Assembly (NCBI GenBank): GCA_028867025.1
Contig: JAGWHC010000002.1
Location: 2,561-66,560, forward strand
Length of the DNA: 64,000 nucleotides
Direction: 5' to 3'
From: Candidatus Micrarchaeota archaeon
GTDB lineage: Archaea; Micrarchaeota; Micrarchaeia; Micrarchaeales; CABMGC01
This document shows, piece by piece, positions 20,102 through 28,499 of the stretch (position 1 is its first letter; each line of letters opens with the position of its first letter). The notes below the pieces were generated by a model. It was not told the origin of the DNA and ran no database searches. It saw only the letters and a list, made by a program, of their open reading frames with translations. The position numbers and the translations under genes were made by a program.

Positions 20102-20441
20102 ATAATATGTGCCTCGATTTAATATTCTTAACTATCCTTTTTATGCGGTTTTCGTGCAGCATGGAGTTAGCGGAATATCGGAACAGGTCAAAAATTTGAG
20201 CAGGAAGCGTTTAGAGGGTGGGGAATAACGGGTAAAATACGCTCTAAACGCCTGGTCAATTAAATCTACTACAATACTTATAAGGTTTTCTCAAGCGCAG
20301 TCTTCTCTGTAGGATAAATGGGCAATTTCTCGACGGATTTGTATAACTTCGTTATGTCCAAACCGCGATTTTAGGACAAAAATTCACCGCACGGTGAAGA
20401 TAAGGATTAAAAGATGGCTTGCGTCAATAGTTGCGGAGAGC

Positions 20442-21500
20442 ATGGATGTTGATACGCGGCTGAAGCTGATAAAGTCGGAGCCGCTCGAAGAAATAATAAC
20501 GGAGCCAGAACTGCGCGGGATGCTCGAGACCAACAGCAAGCCGAAGCACTACATCGGCCTCGAGATAAGCGGCATGCCCCACATCGGCCACATCCTCCTC
20601 GGAGGCAAGAAGATAAACGATTTTGCGAAGGCGGGCATAGAGACGCAGGTGCTTCTCGCGGATTGGCATACCATGGCCAACAACAAGCTGGGCGGGGACT
20701 GGGAGAAGATAAAGAAGGTGGCGGGCTTCTACCGCGACCTGTTCAGCTTCTTCTGCCCAAAGACCAGAGTGGTGCTAGGCTCCGACCTCTATCCGCAGAC
20801 AAAGGACTATTGGGAGACGCTTATACAGATATCGCGAAGGACAACGATGGCGCGCGCAACGCGAATGCTGGTCATAGAGGGGAGAAGCGAGAAGGATTCG
20901 CTCTACGTCTCGCAGTACATATACCCTATAATGCAGACCGCAGACATCTGGGCGCTTGACGTGGACCTGCCGCACGCGGGCATGGATCAGAGGCGCGTGC
21001 ACGTGTTCGCAAAGGAGACTTTCAAGAGCATGAAGATGAAAAATATAGTACCTCTGCACCACCACCTCATGCCCTCGCTCGTCGAGCCTCCGCAGTTTGA
21101 TGCGAACTCGTCGAAGGAGGAGCAGGTGGCTGCGATGAAGATGAGCAAGTCGAAGCCAGGCTCGTTCATCTCGATACTCGCGACAGAGAGCGAGGTGGCA
21201 GAGACTATGAACAAGGCGTGGTGCCCGGAGGGGGTCGTGGACAACAACCCGGTGTTGTTGATCAACAAGTACATAACGCTCCCAATCAAGAACGAGCTTC
21301 ATGTCGAAAGAAAGGGAGAGCACGGCGGCGATGTCGATTACACGGACTACGAGCAGCTTGTCGAGGACTTCAGGTCTAAGAAGCTGCATCCCGCGGACCT
21401 CAAGGCAGCAACAGCGAGGTCACTGACAAAGATAATGGAGCCAATAACGCGGAAGTTCGGCAGCGAGCGCATAGGAATATCGAAGCTGATATCTAGCTGA
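20442..21500 (+). CDS. tyrS: Tyrosyl-tRNA synthetase (archaeal type)
   Basis: It has canonical HIGH (GMPHIGH) and KMSKS (AAMKMSKSKPGS) motifs. It is collinear with archaeal TyrRS features (IYPIMQ, CPEGVVDNNPVL, LHPADLK). The ATG at 20442 is preferred over the GTG at 20394. Confidence 0.85.
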   Translation: MDVDTRLKLIKSEPLEEIITEPELRGMLETNSKPKHYIGLEISGMPHIGHILLGGKKINDFAKAGIETQVLLADWHTMANNKLGGDWEKIKKVAGFYRDLFSFFCPKTRVVLGSDLYPQTKDYWETLIQISRRTTMARATRMLVIEGRSEKDSLYVSQYIYPIMQTADIWALDVDLPHAGMDQRRVHVFAKETFKSMKMKNIVPLHHHLMPSLVEPPQFDANSSKEEQVAAMKMSKSKPGSFISILATESEVAETMNKAWCPEGVVDNNPVLLINKYITLPIKNELHVERKGEHGGDVDYTDYEQLVEDFRSKKLHPADLKAATARSLTKIMEPITRKFGSERIGISKLISS

Positions 21501-21831
21501 GCCCAATCAGCACCGTACCTAGCGTTATTATCAAAATTCCTTCCCACCTGAGTGCTGGGATTAACTCTCCCAGGAAAAGATAGGCTATCACGCTCGCGAA
21601 GATGTAGCTAAGCCCAGTGAATCCATAGGCCCAGCTGAGATGCGTCCTGCTGAGCACGTAGAAGTATATAACCGTGGATACCCCGTAAGCCACCAGTCCG
21701 AGCGCTACAAACTCAACGAGCCCGGAGAAGCCGCTCGTGACTCCTATTTTGAAGAAGAGCTGCCCCGCTGCTCCCAAAAGCGTGCTCGTGAGGAGCAGCA
21801 AAACAAATACCATCTTGCCCTGCATGTTCAC
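21493..21831 (-). CDS. Small 4-TM DMT/EamA-half (SMR-like) membrane protein
   Basis: This 112-aa protein has four hydrophobic helices. Its start overlaps the stop of the upstream paralogue by 4 nt (ATGA), which suggests a heterodimeric pair. Confidence 0.55.
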   Translation of the reverse strand: MNMQGKMVFVLLLLTSTLLGAAGQLFFKIGVTSGFSGLVEFVALGLVAYGVSTVIYFYVLSRTHLSWAYGFTGLSYIFASVIAYLFLGELIPALRWEGILIITLGTVLIGLS

Positions 21832-22202
21832 ACCGCCGGAAAAGTGAGCGATATCACCGCGATGCCCAAGATTATCAGCGCCATGCCCGCGACCCTGTGC
21901 AGGTTTATGCGCTCATGGAAGACGAGCTTCGAGATGAGAAGCACAAAAACAAATGTGCTGGCGAAGACCGGATAGACGAAAGATATGAGGGGCGCATTGT
22001 CAAGCGCGTAGAGGTATACTGCCAGGCTGACTATATATAGCGTGCCACCGAGAAGTATGTCCCTCTTCTTGAACTCGTTTATTATCTCCTTCAGGCTGAA
22101 CCTGAACTTGGCGATGCCCCTTTTGTATAGGTACTGCGCCGACGCGGCTATCACAGCTGAGAGGAGAGTTATGCCTATTATCTCTATTGCTCCGAGCACC
22201 AA
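21828..22202 (-). CDS. Small 4-TM DMT/EamA-half (SMR-like) membrane protein
   Basis: This 124-aa protein has four hydrophobic helices and is translationally coupled to 21493..21831. Confidence 0.55.
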   Translation of the reverse strand: MVLGAIEIIGITLLSAVIAASAQYLYKRGIAKFRFSLKEIINEFKKRDILLGGTLYIVSLAVYLYALDNAPLISFVYPVFASTFVFVLLISKLVFHERINLHRVAGMALIILGIAVISLTFPAV

Positions 22203-22270
22203 AACACAAGTGGGATGCGCTGCGAAGCCTTATAATTTTAAGCCTGCATAAGAGATTGCTTCGTGAGCCG

Positions 22271-22507
22271 ATGGAGCTAGACTTCAGTTTTCTGGAAAAC
22301 CAGCATGAGTCGCAGGCTTTCATGTTTTCAGTAGGCGTAGTGGTGCTGAGCATCCTTGCTGTAATAGCATTCGTGTTTTCAGGGGGCAGCCTAATCTTCT
22401 ACGTCCTGGCAGTCGTCGCTGTCGCCCTTGGCCTGTACATGGCATACCACATCTCAAAGACCCCGGCGCAGGCTTCAGGCGCGCAAAGGAGGAAGCAGAA
22501 GCGCTAG
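22271..22507 (+). CDS. Small two-TM membrane protein
   Basis: The ATG at 22271 is followed by two hydrophobic helices and a basic tail (RRKQKR). No family was recognised. Confidence 0.35.
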   Translation: MELDFSFLENQHESQAFMFSVGVVVLSILAVIAFVFSGGSLIFYVLAVVAVALGLYMAYHISKTPAQASGAQRRKQKR

Positions 22508-22516
22508 CTGATCTAG

Positions 22517-24706
22517 ATGCGCAATCTCATAGTTGCTGAAAAACCAAGTGTAGCTCTGCGAATAGCCCTCGCCCTGGGAGACGGGAGGCCGCTAAGGAAG
22601 AACCTCAGTGGCATAGGCTATTTCGAGATATTCAAGGATGGAGACACGCTGCTGGTCGTTGCAGCAGCGGGCCATCTCTTCACCCTCTCGCAGAAAGGCG
22701 AAAACCGCGCGCTGCCGATCTTTGATCTTGAATGGGTCCCGTCGTTCAAGGTCACGAAGGGCGCGTACTTCACGAAGAAGTACCTAGACACGATAAAAGA
22801 GGTTAGCAGGAACTGCGACGCGTTCACCAACGCCTGCGACTACGACGTCGAGGGCACCGTCATAGGCACCAACATAATCAAGTACGTGAAAACAAACGAT
22901 GTCAACAAGGAGCCGGACTGGAGCAATGTAAGGCGAATGCACTTCTCCACGACCACTAGGCAGGACCTGCTCGACGCGTACCAGAAGAGAGGGGGCTTCG
23001 ACAGGGGCAACTTCGATGCGGGGGAGACGAGGCACATACTGGACTGGATGTGGGGCATTAACTTCAGCAGGGCGCTCATGAGCGCTATGTACTCCACAGG
23101 AAACAGGAAAACGATGAGCATTGGAAGGGTGCAGGGGCCGACACTCGCTGTGCTCGCGGAGCGCGAGAAGGAGATAAAGGATTTCAAGCCCAGGGATTAC
23201 TGGGAAGTCTTCATAACAGTGAACAAGACAGAGTTCAAGAACAAGCGCGGAGCGATATTCGAGGAAGATGCCGCTGGCAAGCTTGTGAAGGAAGCTACTG
23301 GCGCAAAAGCACGTGTTGATGTTGTTGACATAAGGGAGGCGAAGCTCTTCCCGTTCCCGCCTTTCGATCTCACATCTCTGCAGCTCGAGGCAAGCAGAAC
23401 TCTCGGTCTTGACCCTTCAAGGACTCTTGCGCTTGCGCAAACGCTCTACGAACGTTCATACATCTCATACCCGAGAACCTCATCGCAAAAGCTGCCATAC
23501 TCGCTGAACCTGCCGAGGATAATAAACGCGCTATCGAGCAACCCGAAGTACAAGGAGATAGCTGACGCGCTTATCAAGGCGTCTAGGTTCAGGCCGATAG
23601 AGGGCAGGAAGGAGGACGAGGCACATCCTGCAATCTACCCCACTGGCGAGATGCCTGCAAAGCTTACGGTCGAGGAGGAGAAGCTGTATGATCTGATAAC
23701 CAGACGCTTCCTGTCCGCGTTCGCCGAGCCTGCCACAATTGAGCACACCGACGTCCAGCTCTTGGTAGCGCAGGAGAAATACGAAGCAAAAGGCAGCAGG
23801 ATAGTGAATTACGGATGGCTTTCCTATTATACCTACTACAAACCTGAGGAATCGCACATGCCTGCTTTCAAGCTAGGGGCGATGCTGCCGGTGGAGAAGG
23901 CGCAGAGCAAGAAGCTTGTCACGAAACCGCCTGACAGATACACCAAGGCGAGCCTCATCGCGCTGCTCGAGGCAAAGGATCTTGGCACCAAGGCGACCAG
24001 GGCCGCAATAGTTGACACTCTGTTCAACCGGGGCTACATAACAAATAAGCGCATAGAGACCACCGCTTATGGAATGAGCGTCTACGAGGCGCTCAAGCAG
24101 CATGTTCCGTCCATAGTTGATGAAGCACTTACAAGAAAGCTCGAGGAGGACATGGAGGACATAACAAGGGGCAAGACAACCGAGCAGGCGGTCATCAACG
24201 AGGGCAAGGAGCTGATAGTGCAGACGATAGGCTTGTTCAAGAAGAGCGAGAAAGCCATAGGAGAGGACCTGGGCAAGGGTCTTGAAAAGACAAACCAGTC
24301 AAACGTACTTGGCAAGTGCCTAAAGGACGGCGGAAACCTGCTTGTGAGATACTCTAGGGCGGGCAAGCAGTTCGTGGGCTGCGCAAACTGGCCGAAGTGC
24401 AACCAGACTTACCCGCTTCCGCAGTACGCGAAGATAGTGCCGACAGGCAAGGTCTGTCCGCTCTGCCACACCCCGATAGTGAAGGTGTTCAGGAAAGGGA
24501 AGGTCTTCGAGATGGACCTTGATCCAAGCTGCGAGACTAAGAAGAACTGGGGCAAGAAAAAGGAGGGAAAAACCGAGGAACCCGTAGCGCAGAAAGCTTC
24601 GGATATGAGAAGAGTTAAAACAAAAAGAAAAACCACGAGCAAATCAGCGAAATCGGTAACTTCAAAGTTCAGAACAACCAAAAAAGAAGAAACAAATAAA
24701 GATTGA
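22517..24706 (+). CDS. topA: Type IA DNA topoisomerase (TopA/Topo III-like) with C-terminal zinc ribbons
   Basis: It has a Toprim N-terminus MRNLIVAEKPSVA, an acidic cluster ACDYDVEGT and the active-site Tyr motif SYISYPRTSS. C-terminal CxxC ribbons (CANWPKC, CPLCHTP) and a Lys-rich tail follow. Confidence 0.9.
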   Translation: MRNLIVAEKPSVALRIALALGDGRPLRKNLSGIGYFEIFKDGDTLLVVAAAGHLFTLSQKGENRALPIFDLEWVPSFKVTKGAYFTKKYLDTIKEVSRNCDAFTNACDYDVEGTVIGTNIIKYVKTNDVNKEPDWSNVRRMHFSTTTRQDLLDAYQKRGGFDRGNFDAGETRHILDWMWGINFSRALMSAMYSTGNRKTMSIGRVQGPTLAVLAEREKEIKDFKPRDYWEVFITVNKTEFKNKRGAIFEEDAAGKLVKEATGAKARVDVVDIREAKLFPFPPFDLTSLQLEASRTLGLDPSRTLALAQTLYERSYISYPRTSSQKLPYSLNLPRIINALSSNPKYKEIADALIKASRFRPIEGRKEDEAHPAIYPTGEMPAKLTVEEEKLYDLITRRFLSAFAEPATIEHTDVQLLVAQEKYEAKGSRIVNYGWLSYYTYYKPEESHMPAFKLGAMLPVEKAQSKKLVTKPPDRYTKASLIALLEAKDLGTKATRAAIVDTLFNRGYITNKRIETTAYGMSVYEALKQHVPSIVDEALTRKLEEDMEDITRGKTTEQAVINEGKELIVQTIGLFKKSEKAIGEDLGKGLEKTNQSNVLGKCLKDGGNLLVRYSRAGKQFVGCANWPKCNQTYPLPQYAKIVPTGKVCPLCHTPIVKVFRKGKVFEMDLDPSCETKKNWGKKKEGKTEEPVAQKASDMRRVKTKRKTTSKSAKSVTSKFRTTKKEETNKD

Positions 24707-24806
24707 TATGTTTAATTGATTATTAGTTAATACACTGAATTTCTAGCCTGATTAGGGGGATTCGATTAATAAAAACCTAGAGAAATTCGGTACCGAACTA
24801 CTTGGA

Positions 24807-25076
24807 GTGGTTTTAAGTATACTAACAGGCTTGTTCGGAGGCATTTTTGCTGTCGTAGAATCGGGTAACTACTCAGTCGGTTTTGGTGCAGAAACGTTAA
24901 CTTATGGTTTACCCTTGACTTTGTTTTTCATTGCTTATGTAGTTTTTATATTAAAAACTCGCAAAACGCTATCCAAACTCTTTCAATATACAACAGTCTT
25001 CTTGATAATCGTTAGTTTGCTGTTTACACTCTACTTATCAACTTATGGTTATCTTGCGTCAGGATATGGTCCATGA
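24807..25076 (+). CDS. Small three-TM membrane protein (GTG start)
   Basis: The translation is hydrophobic, and the gene lies in the low-GC island directly upstream of the 940-aa secreted protein gene. Confidence 0.3.
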   Translation: MVLSILTGLFGGIFAVVESGNYSVGFGAETLTYGLPLTLFFIAYVVFILKTRKTLSKLFQYTTVFLIIVSLLFTLYLSTYGYLASGYGP

Positions 25077-25094
25077 TGTTGTAGCGGCATCCAA

Positions 25095-27917
25095 ATGAGG
25101 GATTCTATCAAGAAAATAAGAATTTTGCTTGTAGTTTTAGCCTATTCAATTATATTTATCACTCCGGCTTACTCGCAAACTCTTAATACTTCAGATTTGT
25201 TTAACTGCTTTAACATCCCAACAAGTCCCCCGCGTAATTTTATTCTGGCTCTATTAAATTATACTAGTATTGAAAACACAGTTGGGGCGTGTGCGATTTC
25301 TTCCTTATTTAATTACAATTCTAGCGAGATTCTTAAATCTTATAATATTAGTGTTAATCTGACAGAGTTAAACAAACAATTTTTCGCCAACAATCCCTCT
25401 TTGCCAACACAAACCTCCGAGAGCAACATGCTAAACAATTCTACAGTTCTAAACTTCACAACCGCTGAACAGTTATGCTTGCGATATACTCCTGATAATA
25501 CAAATCCAAACTCGAATGCGATACGCATTCATGCTCAGCAGTGTAATCTCGGGATTAGTAAAGAAGCAATTATTGTTAATGTCGTACCAAACAGTCTTGT
25601 TATTGCTTTGCCGTCCGTGCGGCTAAATGCAACCCAATCTCCCACATACAAGGAAACAAATGCAGATAACCTCACCGATCCTATTCAAGGTATAGGGATA
25701 AGTAGCGCCAGTTATTGGACAGGTTATCAAGTTCAAACAACACAACCAAAACCAATAACATATGTACAAGGTTCTTGGATTTTGCAACCGGCTCTCTCAA
25801 GTCCAACTCCAAGGGCTTCTAGTCAGTGGATCGGTATCGGTTCTAATCAAAGCGGAGGAGATTTAATTCAGATCGGAACTTATTCTTGTTATGACGAATT
25901 ACTTCCGCAGTGTTCTAATAGTCACGGTGCTAGTTATGGCGCATTTTTTGAAATAGTTAACCCAACGTATAGTCAATATGTTATAAAAATACCATTTGCT
26001 ATCCCAGGAATGAATGCAGAGGATATAATAACAGCCTATCTAAGCCTGACACCTAACCTGACTGCTCCTAATTTGCAAAACATCAATGCAGAGGTATGCG
26101 ATCTATCTCTTTTACTACAACCAGTGCACTGTTTGTATATAATAGATCAAGCTCCATCGTCCCGCTTAGCTGCAGATTGGATGGATGAAAGACCTAGATT
26201 TTGCCGTATTGGCCTTTTAAGTAGTTGCCTTCTTCCAGCATCAACTGGATTTGTAAATTTCATTAATGCTTCTTATGGTTTCAAATTTACTAATGCTGCT
26301 CAAAACATTGCAGAGATAAATGATACATTTAATACAATAAACAATCACCCAACCATTGTACTCTTTGATATGCAAAACGGAAACGATTTTGGTAATTCTA
26401 CAAATGTGACTCTATTAGCCAGTAATGATAGCTTTAGAATAATGAACTTTAGAGTTGGATTATTGAATGCATCTTCACAAAATGTAATACAGGGTGAAAA
26501 TTACACTATAAAAATAAGAACCGATTCGGCACCGAACACCGCACTGGGAGGTACAGGAAACTATTCCTATCAATGGTTAGAAAGTCGTCTTGACGGCAAT
26601 TATAGTGCATCAACTGACTGTACAAACCAGACAAGCGCCACGTGCGCAATACAAACGAATTCCTCAACACTGCTAGGTAATTATTCATTCAAATTACGGA
26701 TTCACGCTGTCGGTGGTCCTACAAACGAGAATTTAACAACAGGACCTATAAATGTCGCAGTCTCTCCACCAATGCTTCCATATGTTGCTATTAACCTAAC
26801 AAACACGCAGTCGAATCCGACACCGCAGCCGTTCCAACAGCTTTTGGGAATAAATAGTGCAAAATATCTTGGCATAAACTCCAACTGGACCAACGTGGAA
26901 TTTACAACCGGGCCTGGCGGCACAGGGCAACCCCTGCAGGCATGGGTCGAAAGCGGCCCGAGCAACACATCGGGCACACGAGTTTGGGTCAGGCTGAACC
27001 AAAGCATATCCGCATTTGGCAGCCGCACAATCTACATGGACATAATGCCGAACAACGTCATGTCAGCAAACGGCCCTACTGGTGAGGCGCCCACGCTCAG
27101 TTCCGTATATGGCAAGTACGACAACGGCAACCGCGTTTTCAACATATATGACAATTTCACTGGCAGGTATTCTGGCAACGGCACAGGTGCCATAGACTCA
27201 CAGGTCAGCAGCGGCAGCAACGGCACCGCCTGGAAAGTGGACAACGGGCTTACCTTCGGTCAGGGAGTACCTTACGAGTACTCGCCCGCATGCCTTGGCA
27301 ACTGCGAGGCCGTAGTGTACCTGTCGCACTTCCTCATAAACCGCTCAAGTTACTTCTCGCTGAACCAGACAGTGGATGTCAACTGGGGCCCGAGCAGCGA
27401 GCAGTTCTGCCTAGATATATACTGTTATGGGCATTATACCGTCCCCACAGGATATGGAGGGTTCGTCAGTTCTAACGATTATTCCTTTGATTCAGGAGTG
27501 CTTGAGACAAACCCAGCCAGGTACGGTACAAACCCTGATTTTACCTACTCGATGTACACATATAACGGCAATGCAGAGGTGAGCCAAACATTCAACTTTT
27601 CAGCCTTCAACTCGCTTTACAACGAATACTTCTACTTCACCGATGACTTCGCCAAACCAGGAATGCCCTTGAGCTTCTCGCTCTACAATAGCCGGTTCTA
27701 TCTGGAGAGCAGGTATGCAGGCTACGATTTCGGCCCACCGCTCAACTCCTCCACATCGCTTAATTCGCCTTCGGACGCCTTCGCCATGATAGCATATTCT
27801 TACACCGACAACTATGGGAGGTATGTGAACAACACCGCGACGATAAACTGGATAAGGGCAAGAAATACGCCACCAAACGGCATTATGCCTGCGGTATCCT
27901 TCGGTCCTCTGCAATAG
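25095..27917 (+). CDS. Secreted multi-domain protein: peptidase G1 (eqolisin)-like domain, Ig-like GGTxxYxY module, DUF2341-like and LamG/concanavalin-like C-terminal region
   Basis: It has a Sec signal peptide (LLVVLAYSIIFITPAYS/Q). SYWTGYQV...VQGSWILQP...SSQWIGIGS...DLIQIGT...YGAFFEIV...AADWMDER resembles glutamic peptidase G1. NWTNVEFTTGPGGTGQPLQAWVESG...TRVWVRLNQSISAFGSRTIYMDIMPN resembles DUF2341. Confidence 0.6.
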   Translation: MRDSIKKIRILLVVLAYSIIFITPAYSQTLNTSDLFNCFNIPTSPPRNFILALLNYTSIENTVGACAISSLFNYNSSEILKSYNISVNLTELNKQFFANNPSLPTQTSESNMLNNSTVLNFTTAEQLCLRYTPDNTNPNSNAIRIHAQQCNLGISKEAIIVNVVPNSLVIALPSVRLNATQSPTYKETNADNLTDPIQGIGISSASYWTGYQVQTTQPKPITYVQGSWILQPALSSPTPRASSQWIGIGSNQSGGDLIQIGTYSCYDELLPQCSNSHGASYGAFFEIVNPTYSQYVIKIPFAIPGMNAEDIITAYLSLTPNLTAPNLQNINAEVCDLSLLLQPVHCLYIIDQAPSSRLAADWMDERPRFCRIGLLSSCLLPASTGFVNFINASYGFKFTNAAQNIAEINDTFNTINNHPTIVLFDMQNGNDFGNSTNVTLLASNDSFRIMNFRVGLLNASSQNVIQGENYTIKIRTDSAPNTALGGTGNYSYQWLESRLDGNYSASTDCTNQTSATCAIQTNSSTLLGNYSFKLRIHAVGGPTNENLTTGPINVAVSPPMLPYVAINLTNTQSNPTPQPFQQLLGINSAKYLGINSNWTNVEFTTGPGGTGQPLQAWVESGPSNTSGTRVWVRLNQSISAFGSRTIYMDIMPNNVMSANGPTGEAPTLSSVYGKYDNGNRVFNIYDNFTGRYSGNGTGAIDSQVSSGSNGTAWKVDNGLTFGQGVPYEYSPACLGNCEAVVYLSHFLINRSSYFSLNQTVDVNWGPSSEQFCLDIYCYGHYTVPTGYGGFVSSNDYSFDSGVLETNPARYGTNPDFTYSMYTYNGNAEVSQTFNFSAFNSLYNEYFYFTDDFAKPGMPLSFSLYNSRFYLESRYAGYDFGPPLNSSTSLNSPSDAFAMIAYSYTDNYGRYVNNTATINWIRARNTPPNGIMPAVSFGPLQ

Positions 27918-28499
27918 GTGCTATCGGTGTTTATTTATCCCAAAATTTACAAGAAATTGAGACGTGGGCCACAGGTGATACTGCCTAAGGACATAGGAAT
28001 GATAATCGCCTATTCAGGAGTGGGAAAGGAGAGCGTCTGCGTAGACGCGGGCACCGGAAGCGGGTGGCTAACCGTGAGCCTTGCAAGGGTATGCAAGCAC
28101 GTATACGGATATGACATTCGCGATGACTTCCTCAAGATAACGAAACACAATGTAGACCTAATCGGAGTTGAGAATGTCACGCTGAAGAACCAAGACATAA
28201 CCAAGAAGATTGACGAAAAGAACATTGACCTCGTTACCCTAGACCTGCCCAGCTCTGAGAAGGCTCTCAAGAATACGAAGAAGGCTCTTAAGCCCGGTGG
28301 CTGCGTTGTGGGCTACTTTCCCAATATCGAACAGGCAAAGAAATACGTGCAAACTCTAGAAAAACTCGGATTCGCGGACATCTACACGATTGAAACCATC
28401 GTTAGAGACATACTTGTGAGAAAGGAAGGATCGAGACCTTCGACAAAAGGAATTTGGCACACCGGCTATCTCACTTTTGCAAGGAGCCCGCTCATATAG
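27918..28499 (+). CDS. trmI: tRNA (adenine-N1)-methyltransferase TrmI/GCD14-like, catalytic domain only
   Basis: RRGPQVILPKDIGMII, SAM motif VCVDAGTGSGWLTVSLA, LVTLDLPSSEKAL and a C-terminal RPSTKGIWHTGYLTFAR match the TrmI pattern. The GTG start abuts the TAG stop of the upstream gene. Confidence 0.7.
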   Translation: MLSVFIYPKIYKKLRRGPQVILPKDIGMIIAYSGVGKESVCVDAGTGSGWLTVSLARVCKHVYGYDIRDDFLKITKHNVDLIGVENVTLKNQDITKKIDEKNIDLVTLDLPSSEKALKNTKKALKPGGCVVGYFPNIEQAKKYVQTLEKLGFADIYTIETIVRDILVRKEGSRPSTKGIWHTGYLTFARSPLI

